DNA of 64,000 nt, taken from the NCBI GenBank assembly GCA_965644295.1, contig CBFFRP010000394.1:124001-188000 (forward strand), in the 5' to 3' direction. Origin of the DNA: Paraphysomonas bandaiensis (Eukaryota; Protista; Chrysophyceae). Of this stretch, positions 50,742 through 63,200 are shown piece by piece; position 1 is the stretch's first letter; each line of letters opens with the position of its first letter. Below the pieces are notes generated by a model that saw nothing but the letters and a program-made list of their open reading frames with translations, did no database searches and was not told the DNA's origin. The position numbers and the translations under genes were made by a program.

Positions 50742-51740
50742 ATGCAAGAGGAGCATCCTCTAGCTCAATCTGATCCTATTGCATCAGATGGATCTCAACA
50801 GAAGTACACCTGTTTACGATACACAGATTACATTGAATCAAAAGCTGTTATCGAACCAATATTACGTGAAGGTAGCAACACCGTATGACTGATTCATATA
50901 ACATTATATATAACTGCAGTTGAGAAGAAGCTGGGCCTGCCAATCATATATCTGCCCGCCCCGCCTGATGCATCAGGTCCAAAAGAGGACCAGGCCGTAT
51001 ACACGTTTTCTCATAATTGTGCGGATATTGGACGATTGTGATCGCCGGCGTATGTTCGAGCAAGAGATTGCTTGAGACCCTTGGTAGTACCCACAAATAG
51101 TGGAAACGCGCCTGTGTATCACTCTCAACTCTTTGTTTCCAAAAATAGTGCACTTAGAGACTTCAACTCACTCCATGGTGCAGTATTCGCATTTAATGAT
51201 GAAGCTTCGCTCTCTGGATACCAGTGTGTGGTATTTTTGCTCGCATCCCTTGCACGAAACCCTGGGAGTGGTGTGATGCTGCCTTTTTTTACAAGCGCCA
51301 TCAGAACTGGATCGCACGAGAATTCGATAAAAGCTGTGGTGACTGGTTCTGCCGACGTTTTGTGTTTAGATTGTACAGTTATGGAGAAACTACGTCGCAC
51401 TAACAGTGGACAGGAGCTTTTATCTATGCTACACCCCATTCCTGTTCCATCTTCAGTGCACGGTGGTCCTGCTGGTTTACCCACGTATATGTTGAGCACG
51501 CCAGATGGGCATCTTGGCCCGAACCCAGTTCAACCTGTCGTTGCTTCGAATAGACTCCCGACAGATTTAATCGCGAAGATTCAAGATGCTTTTCTTAGTG
51601 TACCTAGTGAGCTTTTGATGCCTATGCTTGCAACTAGATACATGCCTATTAACGATTTGTACTACCAGGGAATTCGAGCTATGATTGATGAAGTAAAGGA
51701 TATTCACATTTGCGGCTGCCATAGTATTTGTCGATCTTAA
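50742..51740 (+). CDS. PhnD-like (phosphate/phosphonate-binding fold) protein with in-frame TGA; candidate selenoprotein (Sec84)
   Basis: Exon 1 50742-50871, intron 50872-50919, exon 2 50920-51740. Reads LRYTDYIESKAVIEPILREVEKKLGLPIIY..SGP..ADIGRL[TGA]SPAYV..PVYHSQLFV..LHGAVFAFNDEASLSGY..TGSHENSIKAVVTGSADVLCLD..GPNPVQPVVASNRLPTDLIAKIQDAFL. Confidence 0.8.
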
Positions 51741-51746
51741 TTCTTG

Positions 51747-51798
51747 TGCGAATTGTGGATGACGCTCTTGAATATATTGAAGAGCTGAACACAATGCA
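51747..51798 (+). promoter_or_regulatory. SECIS-like stem-loop in the 3' UTR of the PhnD-like gene
   Basis: ATTGTG/CACAAT helix I, ATGAC...TGAA non-Watson-Crick core, GCTCTT/AAGAGC helix II, apical AA. Helix II is shorter than canonical. Confidence 0.6.
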
Positions 51799-52137
51799 GT
51801 GCATTGAAATGCCACTGGGCAGTTTGTAGCTACTATAAATATATTGTATATTAAACCAAGTTTTAGTTGTGTAGAGAAAAGTGTCCGTAAGAACGTGACA
51901 ATATTTTGTTCTTACTTTTTATTTTGCATCTGTAGTCATAGAAGCACAAGAACTATTCCTCCACACAGCAACGTGAATACCCCAACGTTCTTAATGTTTA
52001 TGCAACTAAGTTGATCTATAAATGTGTATACGTGTATGGTTGATCTGGTTTGCTTGTGGGGTTACAACGATATATACATATATACAACGCTGTGAATATT
52101 ACAGCAGCATAAACTATCGCTAATATTTCATAGCCTG

Positions 52138-52848
52138 TGCTGATTTTTGCTGTTTGTGAGCAATTTAAAGCTGTAATTCTAGGGTATTTGAATTACGACC
52201 ATTACTTCCCTCAACAAAGTCGGACGTTTTCGTGGTAGTCTGGGGGATAAGTACCGGAGATACTTCTCCGGGAAACTAACGTGAGCCGCATATATAGTCA
52301 GCAGATAACGCTCTGTCTACTCATAGCCAAATGCTTGTGTGGTACAAGGGATACTAATATAAGTGTCACTTGTCGCCTTGACGAATAAACAGACATCCGG
52401 GAATTGGCCCACCTCAAAGGCATCCGGGGTATGGGGCGGCCTACTGAAGTCAAGTATCCGGGATGTTCACCGTAAGGACAAAGAGTGAATGTAGTTGCAC
52501 CTTGGTCCTTGCGGTGACGCACAATCAGCTTTCGTAGCGCAAAATGGTAGGATATCAGAAGTAAGCACTAGCTAGTTATAATTAAACTTCTAAATTAGAT
52601 CTGACTCTTACACGCCTATTTTGCTAATAATCGACATTCACTACTGACTACTGATGTTACGTGAAGTGTACAGTAGTTGCTAACAGTATGATATGAACTA
52701 ATGACATGATACCAGTAATAGCAGTGAAACTAAAAGTAGAAGATAGTAACTATCCACTATCATATAAAATTATTATAATTTTAACAATTGAGTATTGAGT
52801 GTATACGTGTATACAACGTTCAATGAATTAAGTTTAAACCATCCACAA
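52138..52848 (+). mobile_element. Family-A LTR remnant interrupted by a family-B segment
   Basis: tgctgatttttgctgtttgtgagcaatttaaagctgtaattctagggtatttgaattacgacc matches 25281-25341. cttgcggtgacgcacaa..gtagcgcaaaatggtaggata (~52508) matches 44735. Confidence 0.6.
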
Positions 52849-53004
52849 TCGTGGGATCTGCAGCATTACTATAGTCATATTTAACTAACAGGTTTTGACA
52901 GTGATACTAAACTACTCTACTGAACTTGAAATACAACACACTGTCAATTAATTAATAATTGTGATAAGCATATCTTGTCATTCATAGTTATTTCATAAAT
53001 CTAT

Positions 53005-53145
53005 GTCATCAGTAGTGAACGTCTTTTTATTAGCGATAAGCGCGTAAGAGTCTGAACTAACGTAGCAAAAAAATAACTAACTTGCGCTTAACTCTCATAT
53101 CCTACTATTTAACGTTACGAAACCAGCTTGTGCGTCACCGCAAGC
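53005..53145 (-). repeat. Family-B repeat, inverted relative to 52508-52650
   Basis: Reverse complement gcttgcggtgacgcacaagctggtttcgtaacgttaaatagtaggata...gactcttacgcgcttatcgctaataaaaagacgttcactactga matches 52508-52650. Confidence 0.7.
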
Positions 53146-53299
53146 TCTGTCACTCAAAAAAAATACTGTGATCAAACAGAATGTTATACTAATTGTTGGA
53201 CCTGTATGTTGAATATGAATACTAAAAAACAATTCCTAACCAAACTATGATGCTTTGGGCTACAAGAACAAATGTATTGGACACCTGTGTGTTATTTGT

Positions 53300-53664
53300 A
53301 GCCCACGACTACAATTGTTCCCTTGTTTTTTCACAAAACCATCCTTGTTATATACTTAATTTTGCACACGTATCTGGAATAGGTAGGACGAACATCAGGT
53401 GGAATCTCCACTACCTCAAGTACTTCCCGCTTAAACAACGCGTTCCGTGCAAACAAAGTTTTATTCCGTAGCTTTTGGACAATTCAGCGACTTCTCACTT
53501 GTCTCAGGTGCTCTGTAATCAGACATATTAGTCATTAACGCAATGCCACTCTCATCGCACAAGTGTATTACTACTTCTTCTTCGCCGAGAAAATTTACCA
53601 CACCCAGAGTAGATACATTGGTCAACACTCGTTGGGTGCGAACTCTGTTACTCATCTGCTGCAT
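53300..53664 (-). pseudogene. Copia pol remnant (pre-RT linker and start of RT)
   Basis: RTQRVLTNVSTLGVVNFL...APET, then frameshifted ALFKREVLEVVEIPPDVRPTYSRYVCKIKY, similar to Copia W.LV..P.....I.SKWVFKIK. Confidence 0.7.
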
Positions 53665-54290
53665 TGCACACCAACAAGGTACATGGCTCCCACACTGCCA
53701 ATATCCGACGTCGATTTAGATTCACCTGTTCCATAGCCATGAGTCACAGGTTTTATACCGCCTATGTGAATAATCATTTGTCACACTTAACGCACCACTA
53801 ACATGCGATCTAAATGCTACTATCACACCTTGCTTTACATACCACAACTCATGTAGTATTGAACAAAAAACATTTATTTAATTCAACTTATTCATATTGA
53901 GATTGTCTATACGGAATAGGCCAAGCTATCTGAATATTAAGTCACTAGCCAAAAACTCTTCTCAGAGTCATCATGCGGAAGCATACCTTTCTCTCTAAAA
54001 TATTGAACACAACCTCGAGAGTTTCTGCCATTGGCTGGACTGATTTGACAGTGAAACTGATGCATGTGTCCTTTCTTTTCCTCAAACCTTAAATCTTCAG
54101 TTTAGCTAAGCTATTTAATTGTATGTCAGTAATAGTCATATAATACTCTCTTTCAATATATTTACAATATGGAGAAAACTGGACGCTCTGTTTTTACACT
54201 AACAAGTCAATTACGCGTCCGAATAAAAGTTTGTGTTCATTTTCGAACAAGTAATTACAGGATCACAAAGACCATACTGTACACTAATCA

Positions 54291-57200
54291 TCATAATTTC
54301 TTTTCTAATAATCTTTGCTGAAGACGCCTTTTCTGCTTCTGTTCCTGTATCATCAAACTAACTCTATGCCGTTCAGAATTCGTTACTAATGTTTTTTTCA
54401 GACGACTAGGCAAAACGCTAGATTTCTCGCTGCTATCAAAGGTATCAGTATCGGTATTCTCCTCACGACGAGCTTTCAAACGAGAACTCAACCGTTGCTT
54501 CGCACTCTCATGGTGCTGATGCATTGAAAACTGACGGGCAAGGTTGCCCACCATGAAGTCTTTCTTGACAACGTCAACTTCTTCTTCGGTGTGAAATCCA
54601 CCACAAAACAGCAAGCTACTATCGACTAACTCTTGTTTTGCTCCACCAACGCAGTTCGTCTGATCTAACCTTTCTACTTTGCGATCAATAGGGGACTGAC
54701 GTCTAACTAAAACATCGCATTCATACGAGTCTCCACAAGTAAACGACTCACAAGTGCCAACAGAGCTGACACTTTCGTCGTCTCCCATAGTAATCACCTT
54801 CTGCATGTTGTCATTGGTTCTCAAAATTTTCGCCAATCTTGACTGGTACTCCACGTCCACTGTACCTTCATCATCTTCGTCAAATGAGGTCGCCCCCCAT
54901 CCAACCTCATTCTCAACAACCAAACCCCGCATGTGAGACACAATGCGAGCTTCTACATTACCCATTGATTGCTTTGAACTCGAAGACACTGCGTCATCTT
55001 GGTCTGAATCGAATGTAGTTTTAGACGTAATTCCTCGCTCCTTAAGTATTCTGCTTAAACGAGGACTGTTGGCATCAAAAGGCACACCAGGGAGAATATC
55101 GTCCTCCACTTTCAAACTACCAGACTCAATGACGGCATTATCATGAAAGGGTTCATCATCTTCTTCGTCTCCCATAGTAATCACCTTCTGCATGTTGTCA
55201 TTGGTTCTCAAAATTTTCGCCAATCTTGACTGGTACTCCACGTCCACTGCACCTTCATCATCTTCGTCAAATGAGGTCGCTCCCCATCCAACCTCATTCT
55301 CAACAACCAAACCCTGCATGTGAGACACGATAGCTTGTGAAGGGATTGTGGCCTGTACTCTGCGTATTTCATCATACTCATTCATTGGTGATAACATTGC
55401 GTCAGGTATTTTGGAACCAGATGATCCCTTGATATCCTCAGGAAATCCTTCACCCTTTTCAGCCGAAATGCCAGCAAGCCTTAAAGCTCGCAGCATATCC
55501 GCACGGCGAAATCTTTTGAAACAACCTTGCTCGAAGGAATCACAAGAAGTAGTCGCAGGCTTTTCATCAATTTCAAGTTTGCAATCGCCGGTAACTTCAG
55601 CATTTCGATTTTCTTCCTTGGTATAACGGAAAGAACTGCTTTTATAAATAGGTGATGCCAGAACATCGCTGACACTGCGTCCGATCGCGGCGGGTTTTTT
55701 GCGATTTACGCTTAAGCCCTTAGGCAATTTGAAAATATCTTCGTCGCTCGGACTTCGTGCAATTGAGGGTGTTGCAAATGGTTGACAACATCTGCTAGAG
55801 CAGAGTTTGACTCCACGCAGTTGACAAGAAATGATGAAAGAAACCAAAACAAGCAATGGAATGAATACTAGAATGATGTTTATCGCATATAATTCTATAT
55901 GAATCAGGATCAGCGACAAAACCACAAGCCATGTTCCAGCTCTATAAACGAAAATTTCAAGAGATTCATGTAGACCAGCTATCACACCTGCAAAATCGAC
56001 GATGCGATAACATATCTCGTCATACGTGAAACAAGACAACTTCTGTGCTGAAGTGCACCAGTAGCACCTTCTCGGGAAAACAGTTCTAAAATTTAAGACC
56101 AAAGGTCTATCCTCAAGATGTTGACATTCCTTCGCCACAAGCATGGATACAGAAAAGTAGTCAAATGCGTTAAATAGGTTAGAAGAACCGGCATCCCAAC
56201 TCCCATCAGGAGTAAATACTTTTGCACCAGATCGTATTGCGGTTAAAGCTGCTACCAAAGCATTCATAACTTCACTGGCTTCGTCAAAAATAAGTAACGG
56301 TATCAAAACCCTTGTCACCAAAATCTGAAATGGACATACAAAGATGATATCTATAACAAGCCATATGAAAAAAGAAAAGATCCATGCAACATGCTCTGAT
56401 GCTGTCCTGTGAACCCCAAATGAAATAATATAACTCAAACAAAAAGCAATCAACGCTGCTAAAACCAAAAAGATAATGAACTTCAACCACATGGGTTCTG
56501 GTTCTAACTTCCAGAAATAATTACAAGTTCCATATTTCTCGACGATATTTCCAGCACTAGGCGAAAGTAAGTCTTTAACAAATAGGACAAGCAGTCTACG
56601 ATTGCCCTCTTCAGCCTTTAAGAACGAAATTCTATTCTTTTCACTTCGGAATTGCGAAAACGTCCCAATGATGTCACTTAAAACCATTTTTTCGTTGAAC
56701 AGATGAATCTTATCATTCGTTTTAGATGTCTGGGGAACATTATTTTCATCAACTTTACATATTTCAGTACTAGGTTGAGAAAAGGCTGGTAAAACGCTTC
56801 CTGAATGATAATGCGCTGAATTCCACGCCACATTGAATGAGACATTAGTTGTATCATTACCAATTACAGTGTAATAATTTGCCAACTCAGCTTTAAGCTT
56901 ATTTAATGCTGCTGTACAAATAGAACGATCTGGAAGGGTTGACGCAACTTTGCTCGATTTACGTGTATCCAGACCGCTCTCATACGTAGGGCGCGCAAGA
57001 ACTTCGGTTACAAAGTAATCAGTCAATAAATCTAACGGTAAACATAGAATGGCACATACGGCCACAACCAAGAAAATAGTCTTAATATGTGAAATAGGAT
57101 GAGTCGGCACACACTCTGAGCTTTCCCACACGCAAATTTCATCCATGAAAATTCTACCTGATGTACCACCAGTACAATCTCGCGCAGTCCGCATATCAAA

Positions 57201-60200
57201 ACACGAATCATTATCTGTGATCAGTATACCCATGACGATTGTATTCAAGAACATGAAATACACTGTAGAACAGCAGATACATAGAGCACGTAGTTCGCGT
57301 GGACGAGACACCTTCTCAGAAGTGAGAAACAAAGATCCCCATCGGTGGCAATGTTTAAACTCGTATATAAAACTGTCGAATACGGAAGGTTTAAATAACA
57401 GTGATGGGAAAATAGATTCTATGTCTTGGAGCTTGGCATTACACTCAACATTTTCAGCTCTTGTACAACAGATATATCCGAACACACCTAAAACAATGAC
57501 AATAACAGCAGCAGAATATGCTGTCCAACCCGATGTCAAGGACTTCTGAACCGAAGCTTCTGCTGAGCGACGTTTAGAGGCGGTAGGAGAACCAATTGAA
57601 TCGTATGATACTGTTGCAAACAAAGCGTGTGGTCGTGATCCCATTGCTCGTGGAGAACAAGAGCACACCACGAACTCAGAAGAAAACGTTTCCACAATGC
57701 AATCCTCCTGCTCAACGAATGTGATATTCATGCTGTTGCAAACAGGTCGGGCCATTATTTCCGGACAGGTTACAATCCAGGTGTTGCTAAATCCCTCACA
57801 AGTAAAGGAAGTAGACACACCATATCCACAGTCATGAATATATACTCCTGCTGTCTCATTGCACTGAAGTGTAGCATGAGTTGAGTGTTGTACAACTCCA
57901 TATTGAACAGGCACAATGTTACGCAGAATGTAACGGGATGTAATATTTCCTATGTCCCTGTTAACAAAAGACTTCTTTTGCAGCGGTGGCTTGTAAACAC
58001 TGTCGACATGCCACAAAATATTCGTTGATATATCTCTATTGGTAAGTATATACATGGAAGGTGCTTGAGTCACAACGCAGTGAATGGTGTTATTCTGTAC
58101 ATTACCGATTATGGACGACAGCTTTACGTTGTTTAATATTTCATGCAGGGTCAGAGGAGTATTAATCGTAAAGTTATTTTCTTTGATAATCACGGTAGCA
58201 TATAGACGGAACTGCGAGCCAATAAACTCAAAAGCTTCCTGGTTTATATCCATCCAAGAAGATAGAAGTAAACAAGATTCAGTTATCAGCAACGACATTT
58301 CATCAACAAGCCTTTCCATATGAATATTACTGGCGAGAGAAAAATCGCCATACTCATGGTATCTGGACAACGAATCGAGGGATGATAGCATCATACTCAT
58401 ATCAGAAAAAGATATATCCAACCCTCTATCAAGAATATGCTTGATGACAGGAATGGAACAGTTCAAGGCGCTAAATGATAATAGCGAAGGGTTTGACATT
58501 AGTTCATATACAAGTGAAACCCACGACTTACTGACAAACTGCGATGAAAAATCCAAATCTATCAGAGATTTCAAAGAACACATCGACGCCTCCACAACCA
58601 TGCTGGAATCATGAAATTCTTCAGTTGTAAATGAACATGTTTGCCCATGAAAACCGTCATGACATCTGCAAACTGACTTGCACCACAGGTCGCCGATGAA
58701 GCAATTCTCAACAGGCGTATTGAGCTGTTCATCGATATATATGCAATCTCCATTGCTCGAACATCCATTTACGCATGACTTTGCAGCAGGTATACAAGAA
58801 TTGAAATGACATGTCATAAACGGAAGACAAGAAGAATTTGATGTACATGGGGTACCCCTTTCAATACTCTGATAAAATTGCGACGGTAGACATGGAGTAT
58901 TTGCGGGGCCTAACTCTCCAATGTATGACGATTTACATTCACCACAAGTATTTACCATCTTCGAGCACGACAATCTATTTAACGCATCACAATCTGGAGC
59001 AGAGGCACACAGTACTCGAGATATAGCCCCCGCAACAACAGCAATTCTATTTTCAAGACCAAAAATATCTCCACTGCGGAGCATGCGGAAGAAATCTGAA
59101 CTCGCATTCGTCAAGGGCGTATTTATATCACCCGACGGCAAAACTGTAATAGCAGAAGTTTTTTCACGGGAAGCACTCAAGGAATCAAAAACGGAAACAA
59201 CACATATAACACTAGAATTCGCCGTAGAAGTTCGTGGAAGTATTGTAGATATAAACGAGTCAAAAGTAGGTTGCCGTAAACTTAATATGGTCGAGGAGAC
59301 AGACATAAATCCAAATCTGTACTTGAGAGGTAACGATGTATCAGTCCAATACGGTGCATGCATATGGAACAAATCAATATATTCTCTTCCTGAGGTAGGG
59401 TACAAAGTAAATGACCCTTCAGACGGTGGTGAATTCACTTCAATAAAAATAGAAGAATGGGATAACTTCCCATTTCCATTGGATAAACTCAGAGTAAATA
59501 CATGAATATCATGGGCAAAAAACGCGAATGGAACAAGAAACAAATTGTACATCGCAATTCTAGTCGAAGAATTGAGATAAACCTCGTATTCTATGGGCGA
59601 TAACGTGTTCACAACAGAAAAGTCATCGAGATGACTTGAACTCCACTCAGCCAAACCAGAAAAACTAAATATGCTGCCATACAATTTTAACGTTTCCTTC
59701 CACTCGATCATATTACCAGCAGTGCTATAAACATTAACAGTGGGGGAGCCCACTGGACAACTTAAAACAAGAGAGCAGTGTACACCAACTCTTCCCGAAT
59801 CAGAGTCAATTATTCGAAGGCATATATAAAAAGTATGGAAACCAGCACTGCCACTCGGAACTAATTCCGCCGAAAGATAGCCATTCGCTTCAAACACAGT
59901 ATCGTCACATCTACTTATATTGCCACCATCCCAATATTCACAGCTCCAAGTGTAATTAAAAGTAGCAGCGAAATTATCCGGGTCATAGCTGTAAGTTCCA
60001 TCAAACTCAAGGACATTGTCGTTGGAAACATAAGCAACGTTTCCAATAGGTAAAACAACGGACAGAGGAGTAAATAGAACGTTAATAACAGAAGAAACAA
60101 TATGATAAACATTTAGTACTTCGTCATAGACTGAATATTTCACAACATAATACATTCCTGGTACAAAAAAATATTCCGGAAACATTAAAAAATGGGGTCC

Positions 60201-63200
60201 AGAGCGGGTTCTACCAGATATATTCATAGGATATAGACTATCTTTTTCGAACACTTCCCATGTATAGAAAGTACCTAATTGACGAGTGGTGCTCGAAATT
60301 CCACTGTGATAACATTCATCAAACACTAAGTGGGCAGTAACTATTTGCTTATTCGAGCGAAACGCTGATATGACTTTCCCACCCGCAAGAATAGGGCTTA
60401 CACTTGCTGAAGGTACTACATGAAGCAAGTGCCAAGCCGTTGAGCACCGCAACAAGAAGTTACATAACGTCACTCGGAATCTGTAGTAACCCTCTTCCAG
60501 TTGTGCTGTGTCCAGTGGCGTAGGAGGAACAAACTGGTACACATCGGTGAAAAACATCTGTACACCAGAATGATTAGTATGGCTATAAATGTCGATAGCC
60601 CAATGAGACCATGGTCGCCCACCAGACCCGTATGAGAGTGTGAGATCTAAAACAAAGGCCATACACCTGCTCACTGACTTTGGTGCGGATACAACTACGA
60701 CTGGATTCGACGTAACCAGAGATGTTATAGTCACAGTAGTTGGTGATATGAATTGAAGCGTAGAGCATACGTTTGTGCCATCAACATAGCACTCACCTTT
60801 CAAGGAATTTCCCCGCAAGGATAATTTAGATCCAACTGCAAGAGTGGAATCTCCTGAAGGTGTGACAATAATTTTCGATGCACTACTCCACTCACACACG
60901 GCTGATTCAGCATCAGAAAATATCAATATATTGGTACAATTGAATTGAGGTACAGTCGTATTTCCGCGGTCAGTGAGCGAACTAAACCTGACCTCCAGGA
61001 AAGCACCGTCGTCAACAAACGCTGCATATAATAAGACAGGTAACACACCACCACTTTCTGCCACAGTAATAGTATTTCCATTTAAAAAAGACACCTCATA
61101 CTCATCGAAAGAGGTACCAGAAAGTGACAAGGAAATCTTATAAATGCCAGTGCGGCTACCAGAAAAGTACACCACATGGCTGAGCTCACCAACACCGAAA
61201 ATATCGTACGTAATGGTTGATGGAAACACTGCGTATGAAGTTTGGAAAACAGAGATATTATCTTCCAACATCCTCCTTTGGGACTCAACACCAATATCAT
61301 CCACTTGAATATGAATATCAAGTTGTTTGAGAGGCAGTGCGGTGAGGTAAATTACACCAAGTATTGCACTGCTGCTGCTGCTTACAATGGTGTCCGTAAT
61401 TAAGTCTAAAGTAATGAGCTTACAGCATGGCATAACCACACTCTGCTTCGAGGCAACCATATCATTTTCAGACATGCTATCTCCTTCTAAAGTGGACGTC
61501 AAACAATACAATTCGTAAGATAGCCCCGGAATTAGACCAAAGAATTCCACTTCGCCTTTACGAGAAACGGTATAGACGACATCTCCATACTGAAGTACGT
61601 ACTGCTTCGATGGAATCGAATCCATCTCAACCAATACACATCGAAATGCCCCATCTTTAGATAAGATTACATCTACATGTAGAGTATCGACAGCGGTTGT
61701 ATTCATTGCCACTGTTACCAAAGCTGGAATCCATGTCGTTGGTAGAGATGTCGGTGGCATACTTGGCACAGAACTTGGTATCACTGATGGAAAACTGCTT
61801 GGAGCGATTGATGGATTACATGTCGGCATTCCAGAAGGTAGAGATGATGGCGAACTCGACGGAACGTAAGTCGGAACACAACTAGGTATTTCAGTCGGAT
61901 TGCTTGAGGGATCTCCCGTAGGAAGACACGTTGGAGTGGAGGTTGGGTCGAAAGACGGATTACTGGAAGGGTCTCCAGTTGGTGCATTACTTGGGATACC
62001 GCTTGGCATAATAGTAGGGTAACTCGAGGGAATTCCAGTTGGAAGTCTGGATGGCGAACAAGATGGTACACCAGTGGGTAAACTAGAAGGACCGGAAGTA
62101 GGTGATGTACTTGGAACGGAACTTGGCCCACAACTAGGAGCACATGTAGGTAAAGAACTCGGTTCGCCTGAAGGAAGACCTGTCGGGAAAGTGCTCGGCA
62201 ATCTACTAGGTGTAACGCTCGGTAGGCTGGAAGGGAGTGAACTAGGAAAACCGCTAGGAACGAAACTTGGAAAAGAACTTGGACAAGATGAAGGAATTTC
62301 ACTCGGCAATACAGACGGTGCAGTTGTGGGTACAACAGTAGGTACACTACTCGGTACACCACTCGGTAAACAGGTTGGAGTAGAGCTCGGCTCGGAAGAG
62401 GGACAGCTGGAGGGATCTCCAGATGGAAGGCCAGACGGGAGTGAACTCGGTACACTACTCGGTAAACAGGTTGGGGTAGAGCTCGGCTCGGAAGAGGGAC
62501 AGCTGGAAGGATCTCCAGATGGAAGGCCAGACGGGAGTGAACTTGGTATACTGGAGGGTTGACTAGTGGGGTATCCAGATGGAAGACCAGTAGGTATACT
62601 ACTCGGTACACTACTCGGTAAACAGGTTGGGGTAGAGCTCGGCTCGGAAGAGGGACAGCTGGAAGGATCTCCAGATGGAAGGCCAGACGGGAGTGAACTC
62701 GGTATACTGGAGGGTTGACTAGTGGGGTATCCAGATGGAAGACCAGTAGGTATACTACTCGGTACACCACTCGGTAAACAGGTTGGAGTAGAGCTCGGCT
62801 CGGAAGAGGGACAGCTGGAAGGATCTCCAGATGGAAGGCCAGACGGGAGTGAACTCGGTATACTGGAGGGTTGACTAGTGGGGTATCCAGATGGAAGACC
62901 AGTAGGTATACTACTCGGTACACCACTCGGTAAACAGGTTGGGGTAGAGCTCGGCTCGGAAGAGGGACAGCTGGAAGGATCTCCAGATGGAAGGCCAGAC
63001 GGGAGTGAACTCGGTATACTGGAGGGCTGACTAGTGGGGTATCCAGATGGAAGACCAGTAGGTATACTACTCGGTACACTACTCGGTAAACAGGTTGGGG
63101 TAGAGCTTGGCTCGGAAGAGGGACAGCTGGAAGGATCTCCAGATGGAAGGCCAGACGGGAGTGAACTAGGTATACTGGAGGGTTGACTAGTGGGGTATCC

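Noticed and set aside
51039-51041. Genome-wide UGA reassignment as the explanation for the in-frame TGA
   Set aside because: TGA terminates ATAD3, EF-hand, ZF, Sel1 and REJ genes in this window, and no other long ORF needs readthrough.
52290-52490. Chromodomain-like peptide (MLVWYKGY) suggesting a Gypsy 3' end before the family-B repeat
   Set aside because: Too short and degenerate to call.
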